DNA from: Thermoplasmata archaeon
Lineage (GTDB): Archaea; Thermoplasmatota; Thermoplasmata; RBG-16-68-12; JAGMCJ01
DNA length: 64,000 nucleotides
Assembly (NCBI GenBank): GCA_046761005.1
Contig: JBHIFI010000001.1
Span: 11,908-75,907 of the forward strand
Direction of reading: 5' to 3'
A program made the translations under genes and the position numbers. How positions within the stretch are numbered: position 1 is the first letter of the stretch; each line of letters starts with the position of its first letter. Shown here one piece after another: positions 40,856-50,687 of this stretch. The notes under the pieces are model-generated. The model was not told where the DNA came from. It worked only from the letters and a program-made list of their open reading frames with translations, and made no database searches.

Positions 40856-41473
40856 ATGGAAGCAAGGGAAAGCCCAGAACAAACACTTCTGATCTCAGAG
40901 GACCAGTATCTGACCTCAGGAGTCCATATAGGCACTCAGCAGAAAAGCGCTGATATGAGGCCTTTTATCTTTAAGGTCAGAACGGATGGTCTCTACGTCC
41001 TAGACATAAAGAAGACCGATGGAAGAATCAGAGGGGCAGGGAAATTCCTCTCGAGGTACGAGCCCGAGAAGATATTGGTGGTTGCAGCTAGACAATATGG
41101 TCAAAAGCCCGCTAAAGTTTTTGCGAGCACTATAGGTGCGAAAGTCTTCGCAGGACGTTTCGTTCCTGGAACCCTTACCAATCCCGATCTGCCTATGTTC
41201 ACTGAGCCGGACATTCTCATGGTTACAGACCCTGCTGCGGACCAGCAGGCGCTCAAGGAGGCTCTCAACGTAGGCATCCCAATAATCGGGCTCTGTGATG
41301 CCAACAACGAAACGAAGTATGTTGATTTCGTCATACCCACCAATAACAAAGGAAGGCGGGCACTGGCAACAATCTATTGGCTGCTAACCAGACAAGTTCT
41401 GAAAGAGAGAGGAACTATCAAAGAGGATTCCGGGTTCGAACTCACGATTGAGGATTTCGAAGCTACTTTGTAG
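40856..41473 (+). CDS. rps2: 30S ribosomal protein S2 (uS2)
   Basis: SGVHIGTQ...DGLYVLDI...[13 protein letters not shown]...[11 protein letters not shown] blocks typical of archaeal S2; conserved eno-rps2 linkage. Confidence 0.85.
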   Translation: MEARESPEQTLLISEDQYLTSGVHIGTQQKSADMRPFIFKVRTDGLYVLDIKKTDGRIRGAGKFLSRYEPEKILVVAARQYGQKPAKVFASTIGAKVFAGRFVPGTLTNPDLPMFTEPDILMVTDPAADQQALKEALNVGIPIIGLCDANNETKYVDFVIPTNNKGRRALATIYWLLTRQVLKERGTIKEDSGFELTIEDFEATL

Positions 41474-41481
41474 GTGATATA

Positions 41482-42297
41482 TTGAGATATCCCGCTGTTG
41501 CTGGTCAATTCTATTCCAGTACTGAGGAAGCGCTGATTGAAGAGATATACTCCTGCTATATGAGTCCTATAGGTCCTGGAAAGCCTCCCAGGCTGAAGGA
41601 AGGAAAGAGGAGGATTCGTGGGCTCGTCGTCCCGCATGCAGGGTATGTCTTCTCAGGGCCAGTTGCTGCCCATGCCTATTACGCCCTGGCAGAAGACGGA
41701 TTTCCCAAGACTTTCGTAATCATCGGTCCTAATCACAGCGGAATGGGCAGTCCTGTCGCTCTGACAACGCAGGACTTCTCGACACCTTTGGGAGAGGTCA
41801 AGGTCAATAGGGAGTTGGCGGGAGACCTAGTGAAAGGAGGAGTCGCCGATGATATTATCGCACATAGGTATGAACACTCAGTGGAGGTCCAATTGCCATT
41901 TCTTCAGCACATATCCAAGAACTTTGATTTTCTTCCCATTAGCATGATGGACCAGGAGTATCGGTCCGCCAAGAATCTAGGAGAACTTCTGAGTGATGTG
42001 ATTAGCGGAAGAGATGCGGTGGTAATCGCCTCCACAGACTTCTCTCACTATGTACCTCAAAATCTTGCCAAGACGAAAGACAACGAAGTGATTCAGAAAA
42101 TCCTTGGTCTTGACCCTCAGGGAATGAATAAGGCAAGGACTAGACACAACGTTTCCATGTGTGGATATGGTCCAGTTATGGTGATGCTGATGGCCACTAA
42201 AGGAAAAGAGGCTGAACTATTGAAATATGCCACTTCCGGTGATGTCCGGCCGATGCAAGAAGTCGTCGGCTATGGTGCGGTTGTCATTAGGGCCTAG
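41482..42297 (+). CDS. MEMO1-family protein (AmmeMemoRadiSam system protein B-like)
   Basis: YPAVAGQFY N-terminus, VVPHAGYVFSG, and IIGPNH metal-site motifs. Confidence 0.75.
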   Translation: MRYPAVAGQFYSSTEEALIEEIYSCYMSPIGPGKPPRLKEGKRRIRGLVVPHAGYVFSGPVAAHAYYALAEDGFPKTFVIIGPNHSGMGSPVALTTQDFSTPLGEVKVNRELAGDLVKGGVADDIIAHRYEHSVEVQLPFLQHISKNFDFLPISMMDQEYRSAKNLGELLSDVISGRDAVVIASTDFSHYVPQNLAKTKDNEVIQKILGLDPQGMNKARTRHNVSMCGYGPVMVMLMATKGKEAELLKYATSGDVRPMQEVVGYGAVVIRA

Positions 42298-42602
42298 ACT
42301 GTGCAATCCTCTATCCACTCGAGGTATTTCTTGCTGCCTAAAGACATTTCGTAGGAGACAGCACATGCGACCTCATAGGTGCTCTCCTTTTGAATCTCCT
42401 CTATGAGGGAGGACACCAGTTTAGACCTCGTCTTGAAAATCATTGCCCGCTCTTCGTCCTCTTCTATTCTGCCTTTCCACCAATATATGGACTTGATTGG
42501 AAAAATATTGACACATGCCGCCAGCTTTTTAGCTATGATGGTCCTTCCAATTCTCTTGCCTTCCGCCTCGTTTTGCGCTGTAGAGTATACCATAGAGTAC
42601 AT
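42294..42602 (-). CDS. cutA: divalent-cation tolerance protein CutA
   Basis: 102 aa; LAACVN...YWWKGRIEEDEE...IFKT pattern of CutA1. Confidence 0.75.
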   Translation of the reverse strand: MYSMVYSTAQNEAEGKRIGRTIIAKKLAACVNIFPIKSIYWWKGRIEEDEERAMIFKTRSKLVSSLIEEIQKESTYEVACAVSYEMSLGSKKYLEWIEDCTV

Positions 42603-42662
42603 GGTGGTTCAAATGAAATTCAATTATAAAACTTGATAGTCAGACAGTAAAGTTCTTTATGG

Positions 42663-43061
42663 GTGTTGAATGAGATTCTCCAGAGAAACTTGACAGTCAT
42701 CAGCATTTCGGAGCTGACCGAAGCCCTTAGAAAGACGCTTGGAAAAAAGGGAATGCCCGATAATGAGATATGCAAGCTGGCAGATTATCTGATGTCCTTT
42801 TTTGGATTCAATGATGAGGTGATTGACAACCTCCTCAGCCCTGAGGACAGGGATGTCTTCTACATGCTCGAAGAGGAAGGTCTGCTGACAACAAGAAGAG
42901 AGGAGATCAATCTCAAGAGGGGGAAATTGTGGCGAATACACTACTGGATAATCAAGAAGGACCACATAAAGAGGCTAGCCGCGAAGAAGGAGAAGCAAGA
43001 AGAAGAGGATTACGGAAGCATTTACGACACAATTTCCGAAGAGGTCTGGAGCAGGAACTGA
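42663..43061 (+). CDS. hypothetical protein
   Basis: 132-aa ORF with an acidic/Lys-rich tail; no recognisable motif. Confidence 0.35.
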   Translation: MLNEILQRNLTVISISELTEALRKTLGKKGMPDNEICKLADYLMSFFGFNDEVIDNLLSPEDRDVFYMLEEEGLLTTRREEINLKRGKLWRIHYWIIKKDHIKRLAAKKEKQEEEDYGSIYDTISEEVWSRN

Positions 43062-43120
43062 GAGGCCTCTTCAAGACGAAGCAAAAAAGGTTATTATACT
43101 GACTCCATAATCATCGTCCA

Positions 43121-44488
43121 ATGAATGGAACGCTCATATTTCTTTTCATACTCGTTGCATATGGCTTCATTGTCTACCTATTCCACAGAATAAAGCTGTT
43201 TGAAGGCCCCCATCTTTCTCTCTATTTTATCTTCCTAATGTGGAAAACATCCAAGGGGCGGAAGGCCCTGGAGAAGATTGCTAGCCTCAAGAGATTCTGG
43301 AGAGTGTATGGGGATTTCGCCATAGCGATTTGCATCGTCGGGATGTTCGCAATCACTGGTGTCCTTCTCTGGGCTGCCACTTTGGTTCCGTCGATACCCA
43401 AGGGAAGAGTGCCCCCTGTCGAGACAGTGATAGGGATTCCGGGTGTAAATCCATTCATTCCAATAGGCTACGGAATAGTTGCTCTGGTGGTTGCAGTAGT
43501 CATTCATGAATTCTCGCACGGCATACTTACCTACGTTGCTAAGCTCGAGGTATTGAGTCTTGGTATTCTCTTTTTCATAGTTCCTATAGGGGCCTTCGTT
43601 GAACCCGATGAGGAAGGTCTCAAGAAGGTCGACAGAAGAAGCAGATCAAGGCTTTTTGCGGCGGGACCCGCGGCCAACGTCCTCTTTGCTCTGTTATTTT
43701 CGTTTATATTCACATCGTCAATGATGACAAGCATCTCTCCGGTCCACGAAGGTGTCGGAATATATGGTGTTGTGAAGGGATCTCCCGCTGAGGGCAATCT
43801 TACTCCAGGCATGATAATCTTCTCCTTCAATGGGAGCGTCGTTGAGGATCACGAATCCTTCTCCGACGCTGTGTCGAATTCGAGAGCTGGTCAGAATGTC
43901 ACCATCCAGGTTTTCGATGGAGGTAGAATTTCCTCCGTCTATATTACCCTTGCCGATCGTTTCAATTTCACTGAGGTCCCGGAGGATAGTGGCGAGGGCT
44001 ATGTGGGTGTTCAGACTGTCTTCATCTTCACTATCATGGGCACTTCCAGATTCTTGGAAGTGAAGAATGGCCCGGATTTTTACGATCCATTTGCGGATTT
44101 TCGTGATCCGGGCTACTTCGCGGGCTCACTCTTTGCTTATATCGGCCTCCCACTCCTTCGACTTTCTCCATTCCCTGAGTGGTTCACTCAGTTCTATCAA
44201 GTCGAGGGATTCTGGTCCTTCCTTCCCACCGATACCTTTTGGATTCTTGCCAATGTCATCTACTGGGTGTTTTGGCTGAATCTGATGCTTGGCTTGACTA
44301 ATGTCCTCCCGGCCGTTCCCCTAGACGGTGGCTATATCTTTCGGGACGGTTTGGAATCCGTCATGGAGAAGACAAATCCAGACATGGCGCCAGAAAAGAA
44401 AGAGGTCTATGCCAGAAACATATCCTACGCCCTGGCTCTGCTTATACTAGCGCTCATCCTTTGGCAACTCATCGGCCCAAGAATCTAG
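43121..44488 (+). CDS. site-2 protease (M50 family) with PDZ domain
   Basis: HEFSHG zinc motif (HExxH) in a TM helix; PDZ-like segment (VVKGSPAEGNLTPGMIIFSFNG); NVLPAVPLDGG LDG motif; multiple TM helices. Confidence 0.85.
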   Translation: MNGTLIFLFILVAYGFIVYLFHRIKLFEGPHLSLYFIFLMWKTSKGRKALEKIASLKRFWRVYGDFAIAICIVGMFAITGVLLWAATLVPSIPKGRVPPVETVIGIPGVNPFIPIGYGIVALVVAVVIHEFSHGILTYVAKLEVLSLGILFFIVPIGAFVEPDEEGLKKVDRRSRSRLFAAGPAANVLFALLFSFIFTSSMMTSISPVHEGVGIYGVVKGSPAEGNLTPGMIIFSFNGSVVEDHESFSDAVSNSRAGQNVTIQVFDGGRISSVYITLADRFNFTEVPEDSGEGYVGVQTVFIFTIMGTSRFLEVKNGPDFYDPFADFRDPGYFAGSLFAYIGLPLLRLSPFPEWFTQFYQVEGFWSFLPTDTFWILANVIYWVFWLNLMLGLTNVLPAVPLDGGYIFRDGLESVMEKTNPDMAPEKKEVYARNISYALALLILALILWQLIGPRI

Positions 44489-45213
44489 TTGGTCACTATC
44501 TCGAATCCACCATCAACAAAAATGAGCGGGAAATATCCTCTCTTATGTCCTGTCTTTCTCATCTTGACCACGCTCAAGAAGAGGTTGACTATCCTGTCTT
44601 CCCTTCTCAGATCGAGATGAACTATACCATCAGAGAGGAAGTCCTCCCCGTGATCTGCGAATCTATCGGAATCCTGCTTCATTTCAGTGATGAGGAAGGT
44701 GGTGATATCCAGGTCCCTAAGCCACTCGAAGAATCTGAAGAGCTCGTCCCTCGGCTCCTCGAATTTGGCCATCACCTGCAGGACAGGCAAGGAATCTACA
44801 GCAAGAAGGTCGATATCCATGCTCTTTCTCAGATTGTTGACATACATTTTGAAAACCTCTATCCATGATTGTTTTGAAAGCTGCTTCAACTTCTTTCTTA
44901 TCATGGCGAGGTCGAGTAACGACATGTTTTTCTCAAGACCCTTTATGTCCATGCCCATGCCAGCCATATTGTCCAGCATGCTCTCTCTCCCCTGTTCAAG
45001 GGTCACATATGCACCTCCCCGCTCATCCCTCGCGTTGTGGTACAATATGTTGAAGGCTACGGAGGATTTCATCGTTCCAGGCTTTCCAGCAATTAGGACT
45101 ACATGACCTCTTGGGACGCCTCCTTGCAGCTGCTCATCCAGCCCCCTTATGTAGGTCCTCAGTCTGTCTACAGTCATTTGATCCCTTCTGACCACATCCA
45201 CTCTGACGTGCAC
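44485..45213 (-). CDS. KaiC/RadA-like RecA-superfamily ATPase (single domain)
   Basis: LDEQLQGGVPRGHVVLIAGKPGTMKSSVA (KaiC N-terminal block with Walker A GKPGTMKS); Walker B-like LLAVDSL. Confidence 0.75.
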   Translation of the reverse strand: MHVRVDVVRRDQMTVDRLRTYIRGLDEQLQGGVPRGHVVLIAGKPGTMKSSVAFNILYHNARDERGGAYVTLEQGRESMLDNMAGMGMDIKGLEKNMSLLDLAMIRKKLKQLSKQSWIEVFKMYVNNLRKSMDIDLLAVDSLPVLQVMAKFEEPRDELFRFFEWLRDLDITTFLITEMKQDSDRFADHGEDFLSDGIVHLDLRREDRIVNLFLSVVKMRKTGHKRGYFPLIFVDGGFEIVTN

Positions 45214-45285
45214 TATTAAATGTTATTCCTTCATTATCACAACTGAGATTACTGAGAAGACTGGCTTTCGGTCGATGTGAGGAAT

Positions 45286-46125
45286 CTATCCTTTTTCCAA
45301 GGCCCCTATTGCGTATATGCCCTCGACCCTCTCATTTCTGTTAATCTCACCATAGAGCATTCGCATGGTTTTGAAATCTTCCTCGAATCCCAGCGATGTT
45401 ACGAGCTCCATTGCCTGCTCGTTTGCATGAGGCACGAATATCTTCGCTTTGTCTGCTGAAACGTTATGAAGAATTCCCCTGAGAAGTTCCTCTGCGGCCT
45501 CCATGCTTCCCCATTCGACTATGAGAGGCCCTATCTCACAAGACTTCTCGGTACAGCAGGCGGCTGCGTAGCCAAAGGGATCGCTCTTTGTTACCAGCAG
45601 GAGTTGCGGAAAGTCCCTCATTATTCTTCTGATGATTCTGGACCTGTCTCCGCCAAGATGTGATGCGTCGAGTTGCAGAATCCTCTCAAGATCTGTCTCT
45701 CGGGCAAGGCGGCAACACGGGGAACGAAAGGCCCTCGTTTCAACTGACATGGAGGATATGGGAAATTCCTGCTCGAAGCCAAGTCTTTCGTAGAATCTGA
45801 TGGAATCCATATAGGAGGTTAGGTGCACAGTTTTCGCACCCCTGCTTCTGAGATACTCGAGCGAGGCCTGAACCAGCTGCGTCCCAACCGCTTTTCCTCT
45901 GAACTTCTCGTCAACGATCACATTGCCGATCCATCCAACGGATCCGTAGGATGTCGTGGTTGCCAATCCAATCGGTCGCCTTCTGATCTCAGCGACAAAG
46001 CACCCCTCAGGTTCGTAGCTCAGGAGTCTTTCGAAATCCTCCTTGACGTAACCCCAATCCTCATCATCGGTAAGCGATACAGCAAAAGAGAAATCTCCCT
46101 GGGTCATTCTCCTTATGCTGATCAT
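45286..46125 (-). CDS. GNAT-family N-acetyltransferase (tandem GNAT-like domains)
   Basis: IGNVIVDEKFRGKAVGTQLVQ acetyl-CoA binding motif (R/Q-x-x-G-x-G/A); second GNAT-like half at the C-terminus. Confidence 0.7.
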   Translation of the reverse strand: MISIRRMTQGDFSFAVSLTDDEDWGYVKEDFERLLSYEPEGCFVAEIRRRPIGLATTTSYGSVGWIGNVIVDEKFRGKAVGTQLVQASLEYLRSRGAKTVHLTSYMDSIRFYERLGFEQEFPISSMSVETRAFRSPCCRLARETDLERILQLDASHLGGDRSRIIRRIMRDFPQLLLVTKSDPFGYAAACCTEKSCEIGPLIVEWGSMEAAEELLRGILHNVSADKAKIFVPHANEQAMELVTSLGFEEDFKTMRMLYGEINRNERVEGIYAIGALEKG

Positions 46126-46274
46126 TCCTTCATCTCGTAGCCCTCATCGCACTCATGACTCCCGTGCGTGACATACTTCCCCTCGCCGCGCATATGTTTG
46201 ATCATGCAGGGGCCGAACTCGTCGTCCTCTGCACCATACCATTTGTTGCAATCGTAGCAGTGCAATACGCTCAT
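46122..46274 (-). CDS. 50-aa Cys/His-rich micro-protein (MSVLHCYDCNKWYGAEDDEFGPCMIKHMRGEGKYVTHGSHECDEGYEMKE); putative zinc-binding
   Basis: fills the whole 150-nt gap between aIF5B and the GNAT gene; start overlaps the aIF5B stop (TGATG) and stop overlaps the GNAT start (ATGA); 4 Cys plus several His. Confidence 0.5.
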   Translation of the reverse strand: MSVLHCYDCNKWYGAEDDEFGPCMIKHMRGEGKYVTHGSHECDEGYEMKE

Positions 46275-48061
46275 CACATCCCCCAGAATGGGTCTTGCTC
46301 CCTCTTTATGCTCTTGACCCTTTCAAGAATCTCCTTTTCGTCGGGATTGAGTTCGACAGAATCCAGCTCCTTCGCTGCGGACTCGGGAATGTCAACATAG
46401 AGAACGTCTCCTGGGCTCATTTGTCTGCCAACGGTAACTCCATGTACGGCTATTGCGACTTCGCTCCCAGCAGTCGCCTCTTTGAGGCTCTCATCCCCGC
46501 TCCTCACGCTCTTAATGTTGCCTATTACTCGACCATCCTCCCTCAGCAGACCCACTCCAGGCCGTATCCTCCCAGCAAGAACCCGAACTCCCACGATTGC
46601 AGGCTTGCTAGTGCGGAAAACATACTCCGGTAGGAGGAGGATTTTTCCCGGATGCGTGATGGCTCTCAATCTGAGTTTTTCGAGAATCCCCTTTCTCTCC
46701 TCTACCCAAGCTTGATAGTCTTCCAGAATCCTGTAGATTATGTTTCCCTCCAACAGCTTCACATCTTCCTTGAAGAGCTCGTCCTTCGCGTCTGGAAGGA
46801 CACCAACGTTGAATGCGAAAATGACTCTTCTGAGCGGATCACTTGTCGTCGCTGCAGATACCACATCCCTCTTAGAGACATCCCCTACTTCTGCGGTCTT
46901 GACGGGGATATTGACCTCCTTCAATTCGAAGGAAATGGCCTCTAGTGAACCTATGGCGTCAGCCTTGACCAGTATTCCAGTATCGTCTATCTCGACCTCA
47001 ATCTCCGTTTCTTGAATGACCTCCTTCTTTGCTCCTTCTATGTCATCACCCGCAACTCGTAGGGGAGAACCAGCTATTGCGGACTCGAGTCCGCTTCCCG
47101 AGATTTTGATTCCAGCGGCTGCAACCACCTCGTTCACCGAGTCGAACCGTTCTCTCGGGTCCCTGATTTCATCTAGCGGCTTTGGTTTAAGGAGAGCCTT
47201 AGCCCTCGTGATGAGCGGTTCCTCTGTGCCTCCAAGAACAATCGTATCTCCCTTTCGAATCACACCATCATAGATAATTGCGTCAATAGTGGGACCTAGA
47301 CCCCTTTCCTCCTTGACCTCAAGGATGGTTCCCTTGGCTGGACCGCTAACTGTTTTGAGTCTAGGCGTCAGAAATCTCTGTGCGAGGCCCACCAGCATGA
47401 GGAGAACTTCTTGAACGCCCACAGCATATTTTCCACTGGCCGGAACAACCGATACCGTCTTTCGAAAATCCTCGATTTTGTCATACCTCTCGGAATCGAA
47501 ACCTTCTTGGTATAGCTGGCCAACTACGTCGTACAGCTTTTCGTCAAGGAGTTCCACGTAGGATTCAGTTTGATGTGAAATCATCTCTTGGAAGGACGTG
47601 CTAGTCTTTTTCCTCCATCCATCGACTAAGTCTATCTTGCTGGCCACGACCAAGAAGGGCGTTTTGTATCTCTTCAGTATGGAAAGGGACTCAACGGTCT
47701 GTGGCTTTATCCCCTCATTGATGTCGATTACAAGGATGGCGAGATCAGCGAGTGCACCGCCCCTTGCCCTCAATGTTACGAAAGAGTGATGTCCTGGGGT
47801 GTCGATGAAAAGGAGACCAGGCACTTTCAGTTTCTTTCCTTTCATAAGGTCCCCGCAGACCACCACTATGGTCTCCAATGGAACCTCAGTGGCTCCTATG
47901 TGCTGGGTAATAGCACCAGGTTCCCTAGCGGCTACGTTCGAACCTCTAATCGAATCGAGCAGAGCGGTCTTTCCATGGTCGACATGACCCAGAACACTGA
48001 CTATGGGCTGCCTTATCATTCGTATCTCAAATGGAGAGAAGATATATCTAATATTCGTCAA
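46274..48061 (-). CDS. infB: translation initiation factor aIF5B (IF-2 homolog)
   Basis: 595 aa; GTPase G1 VLGHVDHGKTAL, G3 DTPGH, G4 ASKID; aIF5B domain order. Confidence 0.9.
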   Translation of the reverse strand: MTNIRYIFSPFEIRMIRQPIVSVLGHVDHGKTALLDSIRGSNVAAREPGAITQHIGATEVPLETIVVVCGDLMKGKKLKVPGLLFIDTPGHHSFVTLRARGGALADLAILVIDINEGIKPQTVESLSILKRYKTPFLVVASKIDLVDGWRKKTSTSFQEMISHQTESYVELLDEKLYDVVGQLYQEGFDSERYDKIEDFRKTVSVVPASGKYAVGVQEVLLMLVGLAQRFLTPRLKTVSGPAKGTILEVKEERGLGPTIDAIIYDGVIRKGDTIVLGGTEEPLITRAKALLKPKPLDEIRDPRERFDSVNEVVAAAGIKISGSGLESAIAGSPLRVAGDDIEGAKKEVIQETEIEVEIDDTGILVKADAIGSLEAISFELKEVNIPVKTAEVGDVSKRDVVSAATTSDPLRRVIFAFNVGVLPDAKDELFKEDVKLLEGNIIYRILEDYQAWVEERKGILEKLRLRAITHPGKILLLPEYVFRTSKPAIVGVRVLAGRIRPGVGLLREDGRVIGNIKSVRSGDESLKEATAGSEVAIAVHGVTVGRQMSPGDVLYVDIPESAAKELDSVELNPDEKEILERVKSIKREQDPFWGM

Positions 48062-48141
48062 GCAGTGTTAGACGGAGTTTCGAAGCAGAAGATCCATTAG
48101 TTTTCAAAAACCGCGAAAAAGACACTTTCCACCAGATACCA

Positions 48142-48606
48142 TCATCTCGTCCAGGGCTCATCTATTCTCTCGAAGTCTTGTATCTCATCGTCCCCAAAAA
48201 AGATTGGAATCTCCCTTCTTGCGCTGTCAGGAGAATCGGAGGCGTGTATTATGTTCATCTGCTTGGACAAGCCGAAGTCCCCCCTAATGGTTCCAGGCGC
48301 TGCCTCTTTTGGGTCGGTGGCTCCAACCATCCCTCGCACCACCGAGACGGCCATAGGCCCTTCAATGACCATTGCAACGACCGGGCCAGAGGCGATGAAA
48401 TCCACGAGGTCCTCGAAGAAATCCTTTCCTATGTGCTCCTTGTAGTATTCCTCCACAGTCTCTCTGTCGAGCCTCAACATTCTCATGGCCACTATCTTTA
48501 GTCCGCGCGATTCAAATCGGGAAAAAACGCTTCCCATAAGCCCCCTTTGAACACCGTCAGGCTTGACAAGAACGAATGTCCTCTCATTTGTCATCGTTCG
48601 CACCAC
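48142..48606 (-). CDS. ndk: nucleoside diphosphate kinase
   Basis: [24 protein letters not shown] active-site His region; 154 aa. Confidence 0.9.
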   Translation of the reverse strand: MVRTMTNERTFVLVKPDGVQRGLMGSVFSRFESRGLKIVAMRMLRLDRETVEEYYKEHIGKDFFEDLVDFIASGPVVAMVIEGPMAVSVVRGMVGATDPKEAAPGTIRGDFGLSKQMNIIHASDSPDSARREIPIFFGDDEIQDFERIDEPWTR

Positions 48607-48817
48607 TAGATACCTTTTTCTTTTCGGCTTTCACCGTTTTCCGAGGAAAGTGTCTTGTCCAGCGCGTTCGTCTCGGAATCCTCTTGAGTTTGAGGGAATT
48701 CTTCTGGCACTTGCTCGAGCAAAAGAAGAAGACAGTTCCGTCTCTCTTGACGAACATTTTGCCCGTTCCGGGTTCTATCCTCTCTCCGCAAAAGGAGCAA
48801 GTTCTAGCTTGAACCAC
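48584..48817 (-). CDS. rpl24e: 50S ribosomal protein L24e
   Basis: [36 protein letters not shown]-type zinc motif of L24e. Confidence 0.85.
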   Translation of the reverse strand: MVQARTCSFCGERIEPGTGKMFVKRDGTVFFFCSSKCQKNSLKLKRIPRRTRWTRHFPRKTVKAEKKKVSSGANDDK

Positions 48818-48827
48818 TGAAACACCT

Positions 48828-49037
48828 TCACTTGATGGAGAGTTTTCTGGCCTCTCTCGATGTCTCTCGCAGCATCAGAATGTCGCCCATCCTCACAGCG
48901 CCCTTCACATTTCTAGTGATAATCCTTCCTTTGTCACGGCCCTCAAGGACCCTCACCTTGACCTGGATGGCTTCGCCTGTCATGCCCGTCCGGCCGACGA
49001 CTTCGACGACCTCTGCAGGAATGCTGTCATCTACCAT
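48828..49037 (-). CDS. rps28e: 30S ribosomal protein S28e
   Basis: [40 protein letters not shown] near-identical to the S28e consensus. Confidence 0.9.
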   Translation of the reverse strand: MVDDSIPAEVVEVVGRTGMTGEAIQVKVRVLEGRDKGRIITRNVKGAVRMGDILMLRETSREARKLSIK

Positions 49038-49041
49038 CTGC

Positions 49042-49413
49042 CTACTCCTTGAGATCCTTCAGCTTCTTAATTAGATCCTCCATCATGGGCTTTCCTTTTC
49101 CCGCATCGATGACAGCTGCAGAAGCTGTAGCCTTTCCCAATCCGGATGCCACCCCAAGTTCCTGCTTGCTAGGTACGTACGCGTAAGGAATGCTTTTTTC
49201 CTCGCAGAGAAGGGGCATGTGGGCTAGTATCTCTTCGGGCTGAACGTCCTCGGCCATAACAACAAATGAAGCCTCCCCCCGCTCAACGAGCTTCGTAACC
49301 TCATTGGTGCCCTTCCTAACCTTCCCGCTGTCCCTAGAAAGCTCGACAACCTGGTAGGCAATGTCGACTAGGTCCTTGGGCATCTCGAATCTCACGTATA
49401 TGGGCTTCGCCAT
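49042..49413 (-). CDS. rpl7ae: 50S ribosomal protein L7Ae (probable start at MAKPIYVRF; track ORF extends to 49449)
   Basis: L7Ae/L30e fold with KGTNEV...E and LAEDV-type (VMAEDV) motifs. Confidence 0.85.
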   Translation of the reverse strand: MAKPIYVRFEMPKDLVDIAYQVVELSRDSGKVRKGTNEVTKLVERGEASFVVMAEDVQPEEILAHMPLLCEEKSIPYAYVPSKQELGVASGLGKATASAAVIDAGKGKPMMEDLIKKLKDLKE

Positions 49414-49506
49414 GCTTTGACCTCCTTCAGTTCTTTCGAACTTCATCATTCATCGGCTCTGAAAAGAGCGAACCTGATAGACTCAGGTTCGTATAAAAAG
49501 ATTGCG

Positions 49507-50321
49507 TCATGTGGATTTCCCCTGGAACTCCGGGATTTTGCTCAATACGTCAAAGCGTGTATCCCTCACTGTAGGTCTGTGTTGCCTCGCCTTTTCCAGC
49601 TCCTTGAGGTCAATCTCGCATTGCACAACGTCCTCCTCGTAGTCCTTCGCCTTGACCTTCACGTCCCCTCTAGGTCCGACGACGGTGCTCCCTCCGAAGA
49701 AGACCATGTTCCTCTCCGTTCCAACGAGGTTGGAGTAAATCACGAACAAAGCATTCTCGATCGCCCTGGCAGGGATTACCTTCTCGAAGAAGACCTTGCT
49801 CGTCGAGGGTGAAGCGGAGCAGGCGATTATGATGTCGGCACCACTCAAGGCATAGTATTTCGATAGCTCCGGAAAGAAGATGTCGAAGCAGATGAGAAGC
49901 CCTAGGCATCCTATCTCAGTATCGAATACCTCCAGCTTGGACCCTCTTCCGAAGAAGAGACTCTCTTCGAATGGCCCAAAATCCGCTAGATGCAGCTTTC
50001 TGTACGAATACACTCCTCCTTCAGGAGTGACGAGAACAGAGGAATTGTAGATTCCCCTTGTCTTTCCATCTGTCTCTGGCATTCCGAAGACGATGTGAAT
50101 CCCGCTCTCTTTTGCGATACTCTTGATCTTGGAAACCGATGGACCAGACAATTCCTCGGCAAGTCTAGTGAAGTCATCCCTGCACATATAGCCCGTCAGA
50201 TATAGCTCACCAAAGACAGCGAGGTCGCATTCATTCTCCGAAACCACTCTCTCTAACTTCTCCAGATTTCGCTCCTTTTTGCCCAACTCAGGTTGAACCT
50301 GGCCAATCACTATCTTCATTT
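49507..50321 (-). CDS. carbon-nitrogen hydrolase (nitrilase superfamily); start at MKIVIGQV, track ORF extends to 50511
   Basis: E-K-C triad context: FGELYLTGY (Glu), RKLHL (Lys), LGLLICFD (Cys). Confidence 0.75.
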
Positions 50322-50624
50322 CTCCTCCTCCTTTCTTGCGAGTACTAGAGCCTTCTTCTTTTGGTCCTCCACACCCCAGCTCGAAAGTGAGAATGCGAGT
50401 ATCGCAAATACAATAAAAAGGAGGAGTTTCAGTATGAAATCCTGTGTGTCCAAGAGTATGATTGAGGCTGCACCAGCTACTAGAATAATGGTGGCAGCGA
50501 CATATTGCCATGAAGGTCCAACTCTAACGCTTCTGGTCTTAGCCTTGCAATTGGGGCACAGATTCCTCTCAATCCTGCTCTTCATGAAGACCTCATCACA
50601 AGATGAGCAATACACCAGTTTCAC
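50316..50624 (-). CDS. small membrane protein with N-terminal zinc ribbon, ATGA-coupled to the nitrilase gene
   Basis: CSSCDEV...CPNCKAK ribbon followed by two hydrophobic helices; stop overlaps the MKIVIG start of the downstream gene. Confidence 0.5.
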   Translation of the reverse strand: MKLVYCSSCDEVFMKSRIERNLCPNCKAKTRSVRVGPSWQYVAATIILVAGAASIILLDTQDFILKLLLFIVFAILAFSLSSWGVEDQKKKALVLARKEEEK

Positions 50625-50651
50625 AATCGCAGAGAAGTTCTCTCTGGTAAA

Positions 50652-50666
50652 AAGGTTTATCTAATT
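50652..50666 (+). promoter_or_regulatory. BRE/TATA promoter element (aaaggtttatctaat) about 25-33 nt upstream of tRNA-Glu
   Basis: purine-rich BRE followed by TTTATCTA at the canonical distance from the tRNA 5' end. Confidence 0.5.
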
Positions 50667-50687
50667 ATCACCCATAATTCAGCTCGC

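Noticed and set aside
49507-50511. Long N-terminal extension of the nitrilase ORF given in the ORF track
   Set aside because: The extension is Cys/His-rich junk overlapping the zinc-ribbon membrane ORF in another frame. The conserved enzyme starts at MKIVIG, with ATGA coupling.
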